NCBI GenBank assembly: GCA_020634375.1
Contig: JACKBX010000013.1
Coordinates: forward strand, 23,127 to 87,126
Direction: 5' to 3'
DNA length: 64,000 nucleotides
DNA from: Ardenticatenaceae bacterium
Lineage (GTDB): Bacteria; Chloroflexota; Anaerolineae; Promineifilales; Promineifilaceae
The translations under genes were made by a program, and so were the position numbers. A model generated the notes under the pieces. The model worked only from the letters and a program-made list of their open reading frames with translations, was not told where the DNA came from and did not search any database. Of the stretch, positions 28,201 through 38,113 are shown piece after piece (positions within the stretch are counted from its first letter, which is position 1; every line of letters starts with the position of its first letter).

Positions 28201-31200
28201 AGACTTTGAAGATGACTTCCGCCCCGCCGACAGCGGCTTCGACATGGGCTGGGACGAGTTGGTTGGCTGCCGCGCCCAGCGCGATGGCATCATTTACAGC
28301 AGCATTCAAGAGGCCATTGACGCCCCTGACGCGGTGAGCGACCTGATCCGTGTCACCGGAACCTGCCGCGGCGTGCATACCATCAACGACGCCGGGGGGC
28401 AGCCCATCCAACAAACTGTCCACTTGACGCAAACGTTGACGATTCAAGGCGGCTGGAACAACGATTTCACGCGCTGGCTGAACCTGCCCACCTATGTTGA
28501 TCCGGAAGGGCTGGGACGTGGTTTCTACGTCAGCGGCGCGGTTACGCCCACGCTGGAGAGCCTGTACATCGTAAATGGCGATGCCAGCGGACTGGGCGGC
28601 GGCCCCGCCAGCGAGGATGCAGGCGGCGGTATCTACAATCTGGATAGCAGCTTGATTTTGCAGGATGTGCGTATTTTGACGAATACGGCCGTCCTCGGTG
28701 GCGGCTTTTACAATCACATGGGAACACCCGTGTTCCACTCCACCGCGCCTGCCAGCGCCCTGGAGCAGGCTGACTCGCCCTTTGCCCAAGTGGCGGCGAA
28801 CACGGCCGTTTCCGGCGGCGGCATCTACAACTACACCGGAACCCTGTACGCAGACAGTATGCGCATCTACAGCAACACCGCCAGCAGCGGCGGCGGCATT
28901 TTCAATGATGCTGGCCCTATGGTGATGAGCAACACCGTCATTTACGCCAACGAAGCAACCGGCAGCGGTGGCGGCATCTACAACCAGGCAGCCACAGCTA
29001 CTTTCTGGCATCTCACCGTATTCACGAATACAGCGGGCAGCAACGGCGGTGGTTTTTACAATGCGGCGGGCGATCCCCTGGTGCACAACACCATTTTCCA
29101 GAGCAACCGTGCCGTCAGCGGCCCCGCCTTTTATGCCGCCAGCGGCACGCCAGACCTGGACTACAACTATTATCATGATTACGCGAGCACGCCTGTCATT
29201 GGAGCCAACGCAGGTGGCAGTTCCATCACTGATAATGTCACACCTCCTGGCATAAGCGACCCGAACGGCGGCGATTTTCATCTGGAAGATACGGCCGTTG
29301 TCATTGACATTGGCGACCCGCTTTCTCCCATTCTCAAAGACTTTGAAGGCAACCCACGCCCCAACAACCAGGGGCCAGACATGGGTGCAGACGAGGCAGT
29401 TGGCTGCTATGTGATGCTGGGCGATGTGGTTTATGGCAGCATCCAGGCGGCCTTAGAAGCCGCAGAACCGGGTGAAACCCTCAATATCTCTGGCATGTGC
29501 AGTGGCGTCCATTCGTATGATACGGGCGGCGGTGGCGGTGGAAGCTGCGGCGGCGCAATTGCCGTCACCATTCACCTGACAAAGAGCGTCAATCTGGTGG
29601 GCGGCTGGGATGCAGAATTCCTCAACCAGGACGAAGTCACGACGCTGGATGCTCTGGAATTAGGGCGGGTGATGTACATTGGGCCAGGCGTAACTTCGAC
29701 CATTGAAGGCTTTGACATGGTGAATGGCCTGGTAGCGGGCAATGGCGGCGCCATTTGTATGGAAGATGCCGCGCCCACCATCAAGCACAATCAGTTTTAC
29801 AGTAATACAGCCACCAATGGCGGGGCCATTTACAGCGCAAACAGCGCGGCGCTGCTGACTGGAGGCAATCGTTTCTTCTTGAATGAGGCGACGGCGGGCG
29901 CGGCGGTGTATGCCAGTGGCAGCACGGCCGTTACCGTACAAAACAACTTCATGTACTCGAATACGGCCGTTTCCGGCGGCGCATTCTACAACGGCGACGG
30001 CGACCATAACTTCTGGCACAACACCATCTACAGCAACACGGCCACCAGCGGCGGCGCGGTGTACGTGGCCACAGACAGCCCGCTCATTCGCAGCAACATC
30101 TTCATCAGCAACACAGCGACGACGGCAGGCGCTATCTTTGCCGCTGGCGGCGCAACCCCCAGCCTGGGCTACAACGATTACCTCAACAACACGCCCGGCG
30201 ACCTCAGCGGCGTGGCGTATGGGTCAGGGTATCTCATAGAAGACCCGGCTTTCAACGACCTGATCGGATTAGACTTCACCGTGCCCTTTACCTCGCCGGT
30301 GGTGGATGTGGGCGATCCCACGCTGCCTATTACGGATGATTTCCAGACAAATATACGGCCGTCTCACAATGGTTTTGACATTGGCGCAGACGAATTTGGC
30401 GGCTGCTATGCCCGCGTTCTCAGTGCGCCTGACGTGATTTATGGCAGCGTACAGGCAGCAGTAGACGCAGCCCCTGCTGGGGACGTGGTGCAAATAGATG
30501 GCACTTGCTACGGCGTCAGCCCGCACGAATTGGTCGCTGGCGGCGTGACGGTCACACAAACGCTGTTTGTGAACAAAGACCTGATTATTGACGGCGATTG
30601 GAATTACGAAGACCCGATTACGGCCACGCTAGATGCGCTTGGGCGCGGACGCACGCTGTACGTGGGTTCCAGCGCCACGCTTACCGTTACCAACCTGATT
30701 TTGCAGGGTGGGAACGGCGCATTAGGCGGTCTACCAGCAGGCGACGGCGGTGGCATTTACGTCGATGGCACGCTCGTTTTGCGGGACAGCGAGGTCTTGC
30801 AAAATCAGGCCGTGCGCGGCGGCGGTGTGTTTAATGATGGGTACGTGACGATGATGGACACGGCCGTTCACAACAACCAGGCTACTCATGGCGCAGGCTT
30901 CTACAACAACATCACGGGGGCTGGAGCGGCCCTGCTGACGGGCGAAAATCGCCTGTTTGGCAACATAGCCACACAAAATGGCGGCGCAGTCTATCAAATG
31001 GAAGGGACCCTGGCGCTGGATGGCAACCGTTTGTTTGGAAATTATGCGGCATCGGGCGGAGCCATTTATCTGGCTGGTGGTAATGATGCCATTGATGTGT
31101 GGAACAATTTCATCTTCAACAACAGCGCAGGGCATGGCGGCGGTGTGTACAATCTGGATACGAACGGCCGTATCTGGCACAACACCATCCTCGGCAACAG

Positions 31201-34200
31201 CGGAGATGGCTTGTACAGTGGGGCCAGCGCCAACAACAACATCCACAGCAATATCTTTGACAGCAACGGGGGCGCGGGCATTCACACGCTGGCATCGTCG
31301 CCGGACATTGTGTACAACATTGTCATTAGCAACAGCACCAACTACGCGGGAACGGCCGTTGCCGCCGCTTCCGACCCCAGCAACCAGAGCGTCACTCCAG
31401 TTTATGTGGACCGCGCACACCAAGATTACCACCTGCATCAAGACTCCCCCGGCGTAGACGAAGGCGACGACGACCTGCCCATCGCCGGGATGGATCATGA
31501 CTACGATGGCGACCTGCGGCCCACCAATGCCGCCCCCGACATCGGTGCAGACGAAATCAACACCTGCTATATTCGTGTCATTGACCCGGATACAGATGAA
31601 CCTGTTTACTTTGGCAAGCTGCAAGACGCCATTGAGTTTGCCGAAGACTTCCCGAACCCCAATCCGCGCGTAGAAATTGCACGCGGCACATGCAGCGGCG
31701 TGGAGTTCCGGGACGGAACTTACCAGGTTGGCTACATTTCCGAAGATTTGCACATTATTGGGTCACTGCGTCACAGCAATTTCAGCAATCCGAACGACTA
31801 TGTAAACCCCAACATTGCCGCATTGAGTACAGCTATTGATGCACAGGGTGAAGGGCGTGTATTCAAGATTGCGGGAACGGCCGTTGTCACGCTGGAACAA
31901 GTGGCTATGGTCAACGGCAACGCCTACGTCGCTGGCGGTGGCAACAATGGTGGCGCTGTCTACTACCCCGGCCCAAGCCGTCTGGAAACAGACACCAGCG
32001 AAGCATGCCAGAACTATGCCGAAAACGGCGGCGGCTACTTCATCGGCAGCACGGCCTCAGCCTACGTCACCGGAGCCGGAACCGGTTCCTGTTGGGTAGC
32101 CCTCTTTGATGGCGACGAATTCCTGCAACAGTATGATTATTACTTCGGCAACACGGCCATGAGTGATGGCGGCGGCATCTACGTTAGCAACGGCGCAGAT
32201 GTAGACGTGGTCAATCATGGATTTGGCGGTAACACCGCAGCTGGCAACGGCGGCGGCCTCTATAATGGCGGGCAAATGCGCGTCATCAATGGCATCTTTA
32301 GCTACAACTATGCTCTCAGTGGGGACGGCGGCGGCGTCTACAACGGCGGCGGGCTGGCAATGTACCATAATACTGTGCGTCGTAATACGGCCGTCAACCT
32401 GGGCGGCGGTATATACCAGGGCGGTACCTCACTCACCCTCAACAGCAGCATCATCTACTCCAACACGGCAGCCAATGGCGGCGGGTTACACGTTGCCGGG
32501 GGCAGCAGCGCCATACGTTCCTATGATAACTTTAACGCCAACTCTCCTAACGATACCAATGACGGGAACGTGGGCACAAACCACATCTCAGGGAACCCGC
32601 TTTTTGCTTACGGCTATGCCCTCTCGCAATATTCGCCCAATATTGACCAGGCCGACCCCGCCCTGTTGTTAGACATCAGTGAAGGCGGCATATGGGCCGA
32701 TGGCATAGACTTTGATGCCGGAAACTATAAACGGCCTGACGTACACCCCACATACAACGACTTAAATACCTCGCTTTACGGCTATGCCAGCGACGTAGGC
32801 GCAGACGAGTATTGGAAAGAATTCGGCTGCGACGTGCTGCCCAACAACGATCAAAGCACCATCTTCCCCGGCGAAATCATCACGTACTCAGTAGCAGTCT
32901 TCAACGTAGGCTACCCCAACCGGCTAAGCAGCAATTATCCGCATGGTTACACGGACACCATTACAATTACATTGAGTAGTTCGCAAGGATGGGCCACCCT
33001 CAGTGGTGGAGCAGAACAAGTGGTGGAACTGGATTATTACGATGACGTGGAGCAAGACGACCGGGTATACCTAACCTTGACGGTAGCAGTCCCCATCACA
33101 TCGCCGTTTGGCGTGCAGGAGCAGTCTCTGGTAGAGTGTCGTTCAGCTTCGCTGCCCTCACGCTCTAACACCTCCAGTTTCTTGACCAATGCGGGACTGG
33201 TGAGTACGGTTTTGGTTGAGCCAGAGTACATCACACAAACGTATCCCGGCCAAGTTTTGACCTTTACTCACTACATTACCAATACAGGAAATGAACCCAA
33301 CGATTTCTACCTTATCCCCAGTGCAGGGGCGGCAGGATTGTCTACGGCCAGTGTTACACGTATTGAAGATACGGACGGCGCGGTTTACAGCAACACGTTG
33401 GGCCTGAGTGATGTGCCGATCACGATTGGCCGAGGTGAAATGATCACGGCGTTGCTGCAAGTGAACGTATTGGAAACGGCCGCTTCCGGCGAAATCGCTA
33501 CCCCCGGCCTCATTGCTCGCGCTGTAGATGATCCCTCCATTCAAGGGCAGGTGATCAACCAGATCACCATCAGCCCCACAGCGGGCACGCGCTACGTAGC
33601 CCCTGGCGGTGTAGATGAGGGCAATAACTGCCTGTTGAATGACCAGCCTTGTGCCACTGTCCAACATGCTGTAGACCAGGCGCTTGATGGTGACAGCATC
33701 CTCGTTGCCGGTGGTCTGTACACCCACCAAAGTGTAATCACGACGACGGAAACATTGGTGCAAAATGTTTACATCAACAAATCGGTGAGCATTATTGGTG
33801 GCTACAGCACGACGGACAATTTCGCTGTTTCACAGCCAATCACGAATGTGACGGCGCTGGATGGCGAGGACGGCCGTCGCGTGATCTACATCACGCCAGG
33901 CCATGACGTGACGTTGAGCGGCTTGTTTGTACAGAACGGCCACTTCCCCTCCCTCACCAATGACCAAAAAGGGAGCGGCATCTACAACGGCGGCTCTAAC
34001 CTGACCATTGAAAACACACAGGTTTTGTCGGGTACGGCCGTTTCTGGCGGTGGACTGTACCACGCAGACGGCGATCTTACCGTCCACAGCAGCGTCTTTG
34101 CCCACAACGATGGCAACGGCAGCAGTTCCGGTTCGGCATCTGGCAGCGGTATATTCGTCGTCACGGGTACAGTGCTGCTAGAAAACAACACCTTTGCCAA

Positions 34201-37200
34201 CAACATTGCGTCAATAAGTGGAGGCCGTGCCCCCAACGCCGATGACGGCTACGGCGGCGCTGTTTACCAGGAAGCGGGAACACTCTCGCTGATCAACAAC
34301 ATCTTCAGCCAAAATGAAGCAGGGGTTGACGGATTTGCCGTCTACATCAGCGCGACGCTGCCCATTGCTAATGATTACAACCTGTACTTCAATAATTCTG
34401 GCGGCGTTGGCGGCGCAGACACCAACTTCTCGCCAGGCGCTCACAGCTTTAGCGGCGACCCAACCTTTGCCGACACTTTCTTCCACATTGGGCCAACCTC
34501 GGCGGCCAAAGACACGGGCACAAACAGCATTGCCTTCCTTGCAGGAACTGACTTTGAAGGCGACCCACGCCAATTAAACGGCACAGTGGACATTGGCGCA
34601 GATGAGCGCGTGCAGCACGCCAGCTTCACCTTTGTTCCGGTGACGCAAACGGCAACGATTCTGCCAAACATCAGTCACGTATATACGCACACACTCACCA
34701 ACAACGGCGATACAGCGGACACGTACACGCTGATATTGAACAGCACGCAGCTTGGCGATCCCGCAGATTGGGATCACAACCTGACGCCCAGTAACTTCGC
34801 GCTCAATATCGGCGCATCGCAAGTTGTGACGCTGATGATCACTGGGACGGTTCCCGGTGATGTGGATACTTCGACGATTACGGCAACGCCGTTGAGCGGG
34901 CCATCTGTAGCTGTTGTGGACACAACCATTATCAGCAGTACAGCGGGTGTGGATATTGGCCCATCACGAGCCGGTTCCGGCGAACCAACAATGACGGTAC
35001 AATATCAACACACGCTGACAAATACAGGTAATGGGCTAGATTCGTTTGACCTGCACCTGTTGGCAGGCACACCTCCTGGTTGGACAGTGACGGTGGAACC
35101 GGCAGCGACGGGCATTGTGCCCACAGGCGGCACGATTCCATTTACGGTGAGTGTGACTATTCCAGCAGGAACGGCCGTCAATACCATCCACACTGCCGAA
35201 ATTGAAGCCGTTTCCCAAACAGATGGCACGGCACAGGACACGCTGGTAGATACAACCACTGTGCTGCCCGCTTATGGGCTGCAACTGCTGCCTGCGGCGC
35301 AATCGCAAAGTGTGATGGATGGGGCAACGGCCGTCTATACCCACACGCTCACCAACCTGGGCAACATCAGCGACACGGTGTCGCTGACGGTGACAGAAAG
35401 CCTGGCCTGGGGAGCGTCCATAAACCCGGCGGCCATCGCCCTGAACCCCGGCGCAAGCGCCACTGTGACGGTGACGGTTCCTGTACCACCCAACACAGGC
35501 GGGCAAGTACACGTCAGCGATGTGACGGCTGCATCGGAAGGGCCTGGGGTGACGGCAACGGCCGTTGATACCACCACCGTCCTGATTGATAACAGCGTTG
35601 CCATTGGGCCAGACCATTTACGGATAGTAGATGCAGATACACAAGTTATCTACCAATTCACCGTAACCAACACGGGCAACGTCAGCGACACCTTCAACTT
35701 TACGCAAGATGGCGGTACACAAGGCTGGGTCAGCGGCTTCAGCGGCAGCAGCGCCTTATTAGCACCAGATGACACGACAACAGTCATACTCACGGTGACA
35801 GTTCCCGCAGGAGCCACACCAGGGACAGAGGATGTCACTACCGTAAGCGCCACATCGACCAACGCCAGCAACAGCGCAACGGCGACGACCCGCGTGCGCC
35901 AGTTGCATGGCCTGGCGTTTGCGCCAAATCTCACGCGCACGGTGGATGCAGACAGCGTGGTAACGTACACACATACGCTTACCAATACTGGCAACGGCGT
36001 AGACACATTCACCTTTGCGGCGAACAGCAGCGAGGGCTGGGCCATTACCCTGCCACCAGATGTGGCGAATCTTGGCGCAGGACTGACGGCCAATGTCGTG
36101 GTGACGCTGACCGTGCCCCCCGGCCCTGGCGGCATCACAGACACGTTACGGCTGACGGCCAGTTCTGTCATCAGTCCGGCTTTCACAGCCACAGTGACGA
36201 ATACAACAGTGGTCACGCTGACGCCAGGAGCATTGGACGTCATGATTGCCCCGGACAATGAAGACAGCGGTCTGCCGGGCGAATTGATGACGTATTACCA
36301 CACAGTGACGAATACGGGCACGTTGGATGCAGATTTTGTACTGACGGCCGTTTCTAATCAAAGCTGGACGACAACTGTACAGCCCCCCACCCTCAGCCTG
36401 TTATCGGGAGCCAGCGAGATGGTGACGGTGACGGTGCAAATTCCGTCACTGGCGGGTGATGGCGTGGTGGATTTGACAACGGTGACGGTGCAGGATACGG
36501 GAATGATTGTGCAGGATACGGCCGTTAATACCACCACCGTAACCGGTGTCTATTCGGTCGTAATCGCCCCCAATCGCAGCAGCACAGGCATACCGGGTGA
36601 GACCCTTACTTACACGCATGTAGTAACAAATACGGGCGATTTTGCTGACAGCTACTCAGTTGGTGTCAGCTCCAGCCAAAGCTGGACAGTCACGGTGACG
36701 CCTGATGCGATTCCCTTACTCATTCCGGGAGAAAGTACGCCGGTCACAGTAACGGTTGCCATTCCGAGTGGGGCCGCGAACGGGCAAATCGATGTGGCAA
36801 CGGTGACGGCGCAATCGCTCAATGCTGCCGCCAATGACTCGGCTGCTGACACCAGTATTGTGCAAGTGCAAGGAGAAGGTGTACTGCTAGAACCTGATCA
36901 CAGTGATGTGGGTGCGCCGGGTGAGATGTTGGTGTATCACCACACGCTAACGAATACGGGCAGTAGTACGCTAACTTTCTTGTTGGCTACGCAGTCAAGT
37001 CAGGGTTGGGTAACGGCCGTCACGCCAGACCGGGTGGATAACCTGGCAGCGGGCGACTCGCATGAAATTACGGTGACGGTTGCCATTCCTGCTGGCGCTG
37101 TGAATGGAACCGAGGATTGGACTTCAGTGGCAGCAACGGCCGTTGGCGAGCCTACGATCACAGATTCAGCCCTTGATCACACAACGGTTGAGTTTGTACC

Positions 37201-38032
37201 TCCGGTTTATGGCGTGATGATTGCGCCGGATAACACGGGTGCGGATCTGCCGGGTGCGATGGTGACGTACCAGCATACTGTGACCAACACGGGCAATGTC
37301 ACAGAAACTTTTGCGCTGGAAAGCAGTTCGAGTCAGGGTTGGGTAACGGCCGTCACGCCAAACACGCTAGATTTGCCCCCAGGATCACACGCTGATGTGA
37401 CTGTCTCAGTCACAATCCCAGCCGGGGCCACAACGGGCACCATTGATGTGACAACGGTAACGGTTTCGACAACAACGCCAGCAACGGCCGTAACTGACAG
37501 CGCTACTGATACGACGGCCGTTAATGAAGCAGGCAGTCGGGTTCTTTACTTGCCAGTCGTTCTCAAAGCCTGCGTCCCCACTGGCATTGATTTGGTTATA
37601 ACAAACATCACGGTCACACCAAATCCGCCGACTGCCGGGCAACCGGCTACTGTGTCTGTGACCATTCAAAATCAGGGAACGGTGGATATGGATCCCAGCA
37701 ATAACTTCTTCCTTGACGCCTATGTGGATCATCAGCCAGAGCCGTACCTGCCCGGTGATGGCAATCTCCAGTGGGGTGTGCAAGCCCGTGCCCTGACGGC
37801 AGGAGCCAGTGTCACATACAATGGCACGTTCACGTTTAGTGGTGGGACTCACCAAATATGGGCACAAGTGGATACAGATCGCACTGTTGATGAATGCCCC
37901 TATGAAGACAACAACACATTCGGGCCAATTATCTTGACACCCAGTGGACATAGTGGCAGCGAGACATTGCCGCCCATACACGACATTGCTGCACCACGCA
38001 GCACCCCCACACCCGTTCCATCACCGAATTAA
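25202..38032 (+). CDS. Giant (4276-aa) secreted or surface protein with seven right-handed beta-helix modules, at least 12 DUF11/Ig-like repeats and a C-terminal CARDB-like domain
   Basis: N-terminal TM/signal FLPLLALVLLAALIWL. Many GGAIY-N..N-TA beta-helix rungs. Each module closes with D..G..RP....D[IVM]G[AW]DE at nt ~26522, 28244, 29381, 30379, 31541, 32796 and 34592. Repeats of Y-x-H-T-L-T-N-T-G-N-x-x-D-T-F occur. C-terminus reads DLVITNITVTPNPPTAGQPATVSVTIQNQG. Confidence 0.9.
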   Translation: MSQSDSSPRSRVMSFQRIGYVSFLPLLALVLLAALIWLMGARPTQASPTNTIFYVTDAGSGSTCSQALPCALQTAVTNAAAGDEVHVAGGTYTDSGPAVVTVTTAITLTGGYDAANWGTSPNTQLNPTILDGESTRQVVRIEGDINPVIENFEIVNGRTGTSPYDKGAGIYNESGSPLIRNNDIHNNQATAGSVIGGGIYDGGSATIESNLIHNNSTGNNGQGGGIYIANSGGTATTVRLNEIDNNSAALGAGVALHSGEATLEANTLHHNTAVNGSVIAGGGFFNDTSSTAALYSNLFYANSGPLGGGLALTGDSTLWNNTIAENSASSQGGGIYVGSGTIQINNTIIAFNTASTNDGIHVAGGTVSGGYNNVYDDSIDPSVTFSNPVSGNPNFVSPGSPDYNYHLPPGSPDVDAGDPATPAIGVDMDGQPRPYNGIYDVGADEYGNLVAFTLEPPVINNDYQDSGTIATYHHTLHNTGNVADTYTFSCSNDQGWNVTCPSSVALSPLAQTTLSTLVEVTGTARTRARTLITAVSTTSPTISHTAVIETIVAPHPALDFTPNYSATVLPGETFTYTHMLTNTGDALETFNIELVDGSWAQILPTNNFPVDLLPGATMPIRVVIAVPATAPEGLLNETIIRASSDYDPAIAKVVTDTLIARPTVGTRYVSRDGDDTDNNCTQVDEPCNSVGHAIGQASFGDEIRIARGTYFESGIPVNDTVYLSGGWSTNFRSQGEPRDTIIDAELTAFIFDVAPGSTVRPSFSNMVLQNGASGGPGGAVFVGSSAQPAFEQVIFQHNSGTRGGAIYAASSAVVTIQKSEFINNTASDSGGALYSNSSIILVQQSGFYTNTAVSHSGAIYINGGQFVAENNLFSAHTAGGNGGALFLASGQTSLWNNTFVNNQAGGNGGAIYNNASTAVPVVNALLVSNTAVSGGAIFDNSGNLTLSYSDLWQNSLPEVSGGTLGDGILQADPLFRDEFFRLDRGSPALDHGDPNTTLTIDFEDDFRPADSGFDMGWDELVGCRAQRDGIIYSSIQEAIDAPDAVSDLIRVTGTCRGVHTINDAGGQPIQQTVHLTQTLTIQGGWNNDFTRWLNLPTYVDPEGLGRGFYVSGAVTPTLESLYIVNGDASGLGGGPASEDAGGGIYNLDSSLILQDVRILTNTAVLGGGFYNHMGTPVFHSTAPASALEQADSPFAQVAANTAVSGGGIYNYTGTLYADSMRIYSNTASSGGGIFNDAGPMVMSNTVIYANEATGSGGGIYNQAATATFWHLTVFTNTAGSNGGGFYNAAGDPLVHNTIFQSNRAVSGPAFYAASGTPDLDYNYYHDYASTPVIGANAGGSSITDNVTPPGISDPNGGDFHLEDTAVVIDIGDPLSPILKDFEGNPRPNNQGPDMGADEAVGCYVMLGDVVYGSIQAALEAAEPGETLNISGMCSGVHSYDTGGGGGGSCGGAIAVTIHLTKSVNLVGGWDAEFLNQDEVTTLDALELGRVMYIGPGVTSTIEGFDMVNGLVAGNGGAICMEDAAPTIKHNQFYSNTATNGGAIYSANSAALLTGGNRFFLNEATAGAAVYASGSTAVTVQNNFMYSNTAVSGGAFYNGDGDHNFWHNTIYSNTATSGGAVYVATDSPLIRSNIFISNTATTAGAIFAAGGATPSLGYNDYLNNTPGDLSGVAYGSGYLIEDPAFNDLIGLDFTVPFTSPVVDVGDPTLPITDDFQTNIRPSHNGFDIGADEFGGCYARVLSAPDVIYGSVQAAVDAAPAGDVVQIDGTCYGVSPHELVAGGVTVTQTLFVNKDLIIDGDWNYEDPITATLDALGRGRTLYVGSSATLTVTNLILQGGNGALGGLPAGDGGGIYVDGTLVLRDSEVLQNQAVRGGGVFNDGYVTMMDTAVHNNQATHGAGFYNNITGAGAALLTGENRLFGNIATQNGGAVYQMEGTLALDGNRLFGNYAASGGAIYLAGGNDAIDVWNNFIFNNSAGHGGGVYNLDTNGRIWHNTILGNSGDGLYSGASANNNIHSNIFDSNGGAGIHTLASSPDIVYNIVISNSTNYAGTAVAAASDPSNQSVTPVYVDRAHQDYHLHQDSPGVDEGDDDLPIAGMDHDYDGDLRPTNAAPDIGADEINTCYIRVIDPDTDEPVYFGKLQDAIEFAEDFPNPNPRVEIARGTCSGVEFRDGTYQVGYISEDLHIIGSLRHSNFSNPNDYVNPNIAALSTAIDAQGEGRVFKIAGTAVVTLEQVAMVNGNAYVAGGGNNGGAVYYPGPSRLETDTSEACQNYAENGGGYFIGSTASAYVTGAGTGSCWVALFDGDEFLQQYDYYFGNTAMSDGGGIYVSNGADVDVVNHGFGGNTAAGNGGGLYNGGQMRVINGIFSYNYALSGDGGGVYNGGGLAMYHNTVRRNTAVNLGGGIYQGGTSLTLNSSIIYSNTAANGGGLHVAGGSSAIRSYDNFNANSPNDTNDGNVGTNHISGNPLFAYGYALSQYSPNIDQADPALLLDISEGGIWADGIDFDAGNYKRPDVHPTYNDLNTSLYGYASDVGADEYWKEFGCDVLPNNDQSTIFPGEIITYSVAVFNVGYPNRLSSNYPHGYTDTITITLSSSQGWATLSGGAEQVVELDYYDDVEQDDRVYLTLTVAVPITSPFGVQEQSLVECRSASLPSRSNTSSFLTNAGLVSTVLVEPEYITQTYPGQVLTFTHYITNTGNEPNDFYLIPSAGAAGLSTASVTRIEDTDGAVYSNTLGLSDVPITIGRGEMITALLQVNVLETAASGEIATPGLIARAVDDPSIQGQVINQITISPTAGTRYVAPGGVDEGNNCLLNDQPCATVQHAVDQALDGDSILVAGGLYTHQSVITTTETLVQNVYINKSVSIIGGYSTTDNFAVSQPITNVTALDGEDGRRVIYITPGHDVTLSGLFVQNGHFPSLTNDQKGSGIYNGGSNLTIENTQVLSGTAVSGGGLYHADGDLTVHSSVFAHNDGNGSSSGSASGSGIFVVTGTVLLENNTFANNIASISGGRAPNADDGYGGAVYQEAGTLSLINNIFSQNEAGVDGFAVYISATLPIANDYNLYFNNSGGVGGADTNFSPGAHSFSGDPTFADTFFHIGPTSAAKDTGTNSIAFLAGTDFEGDPRQLNGTVDIGADERVQHASFTFVPVTQTATILPNISHVYTHTLTNNGDTADTYTLILNSTQLGDPADWDHNLTPSNFALNIGASQVVTLMITGTVPGDVDTSTITATPLSGPSVAVVDTTIISSTAGVDIGPSRAGSGEPTMTVQYQHTLTNTGNGLDSFDLHLLAGTPPGWTVTVEPAATGIVPTGGTIPFTVSVTIPAGTAVNTIHTAEIEAVSQTDGTAQDTLVDTTTVLPAYGLQLLPAAQSQSVMDGATAVYTHTLTNLGNISDTVSLTVTESLAWGASINPAAIALNPGASATVTVTVPVPPNTGGQVHVSDVTAASEGPGVTATAVDTTTVLIDNSVAIGPDHLRIVDADTQVIYQFTVTNTGNVSDTFNFTQDGGTQGWVSGFSGSSALLAPDDTTTVILTVTVPAGATPGTEDVTTVSATSTNASNSATATTRVRQLHGLAFAPNLTRTVDADSVVTYTHTLTNTGNGVDTFTFAANSSEGWAITLPPDVANLGAGLTANVVVTLTVPPGPGGITDTLRLTASSVISPAFTATVTNTTVVTLTPGALDVMIAPDNEDSGLPGELMTYYHTVTNTGTLDADFVLTAVSNQSWTTTVQPPTLSLLSGASEMVTVTVQIPSLAGDGVVDLTTVTVQDTGMIVQDTAVNTTTVTGVYSVVIAPNRSSTGIPGETLTYTHVVTNTGDFADSYSVGVSSSQSWTVTVTPDAIPLLIPGESTPVTVTVAIPSGAANGQIDVATVTAQSLNAAANDSAADTSIVQVQGEGVLLEPDHSDVGAPGEMLVYHHTLTNTGSSTLTFLLATQSSQGWVTAVTPDRVDNLAAGDSHEITVTVAIPAGAVNGTEDWTSVAATAVGEPTITDSALDHTTVEFVPPVYGVMIAPDNTGADLPGAMVTYQHTVTNTGNVTETFALESSSSQGWVTAVTPNTLDLPPGSHADVTVSVTIPAGATTGTIDVTTVTVSTTTPATAVTDSATDTTAVNEAGSRVLYLPVVLKACVPTGIDLVITNITVTPNPPTAGQPATVSVTIQNQGTVDMDPSNNFFLDAYVDHQPEPYLPGDGNLQWGVQARALTAGASVTYNGTFTFSGGTHQIWAQVDTDRTVDECPYEDNNTFGPIILTPSGHSGSETLPPIHDIAAPRSTPTPVPSPN

Positions 38033-38040
38033 AACGCAAA

Positions 38041-38074
38041 GAGGCTGGTAGGATTATCACAATCCTACCAGCCT
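38041..38074. terminator. Bidirectional terminator between convergent genes
   Basis: GAGGCTGGTAGGATT ATCACA ATCCTACCAGCCTC. Confidence 0.65.
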
Positions 38075-38113
38075 CGCGTTAATCTACTTGTGATGTCCGA
38101 TTGGGCTAAGCGG

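Noticed and set aside
27173-31753. Several 295-404-aa minus-strand ORFs (27173..28060, 28067..29281, 30731..31753)
   Set aside because: They are antisense shadows inside the giant beta-helix gene. The repetitive GGC/GCC-rich codons keep the opposite strand open.
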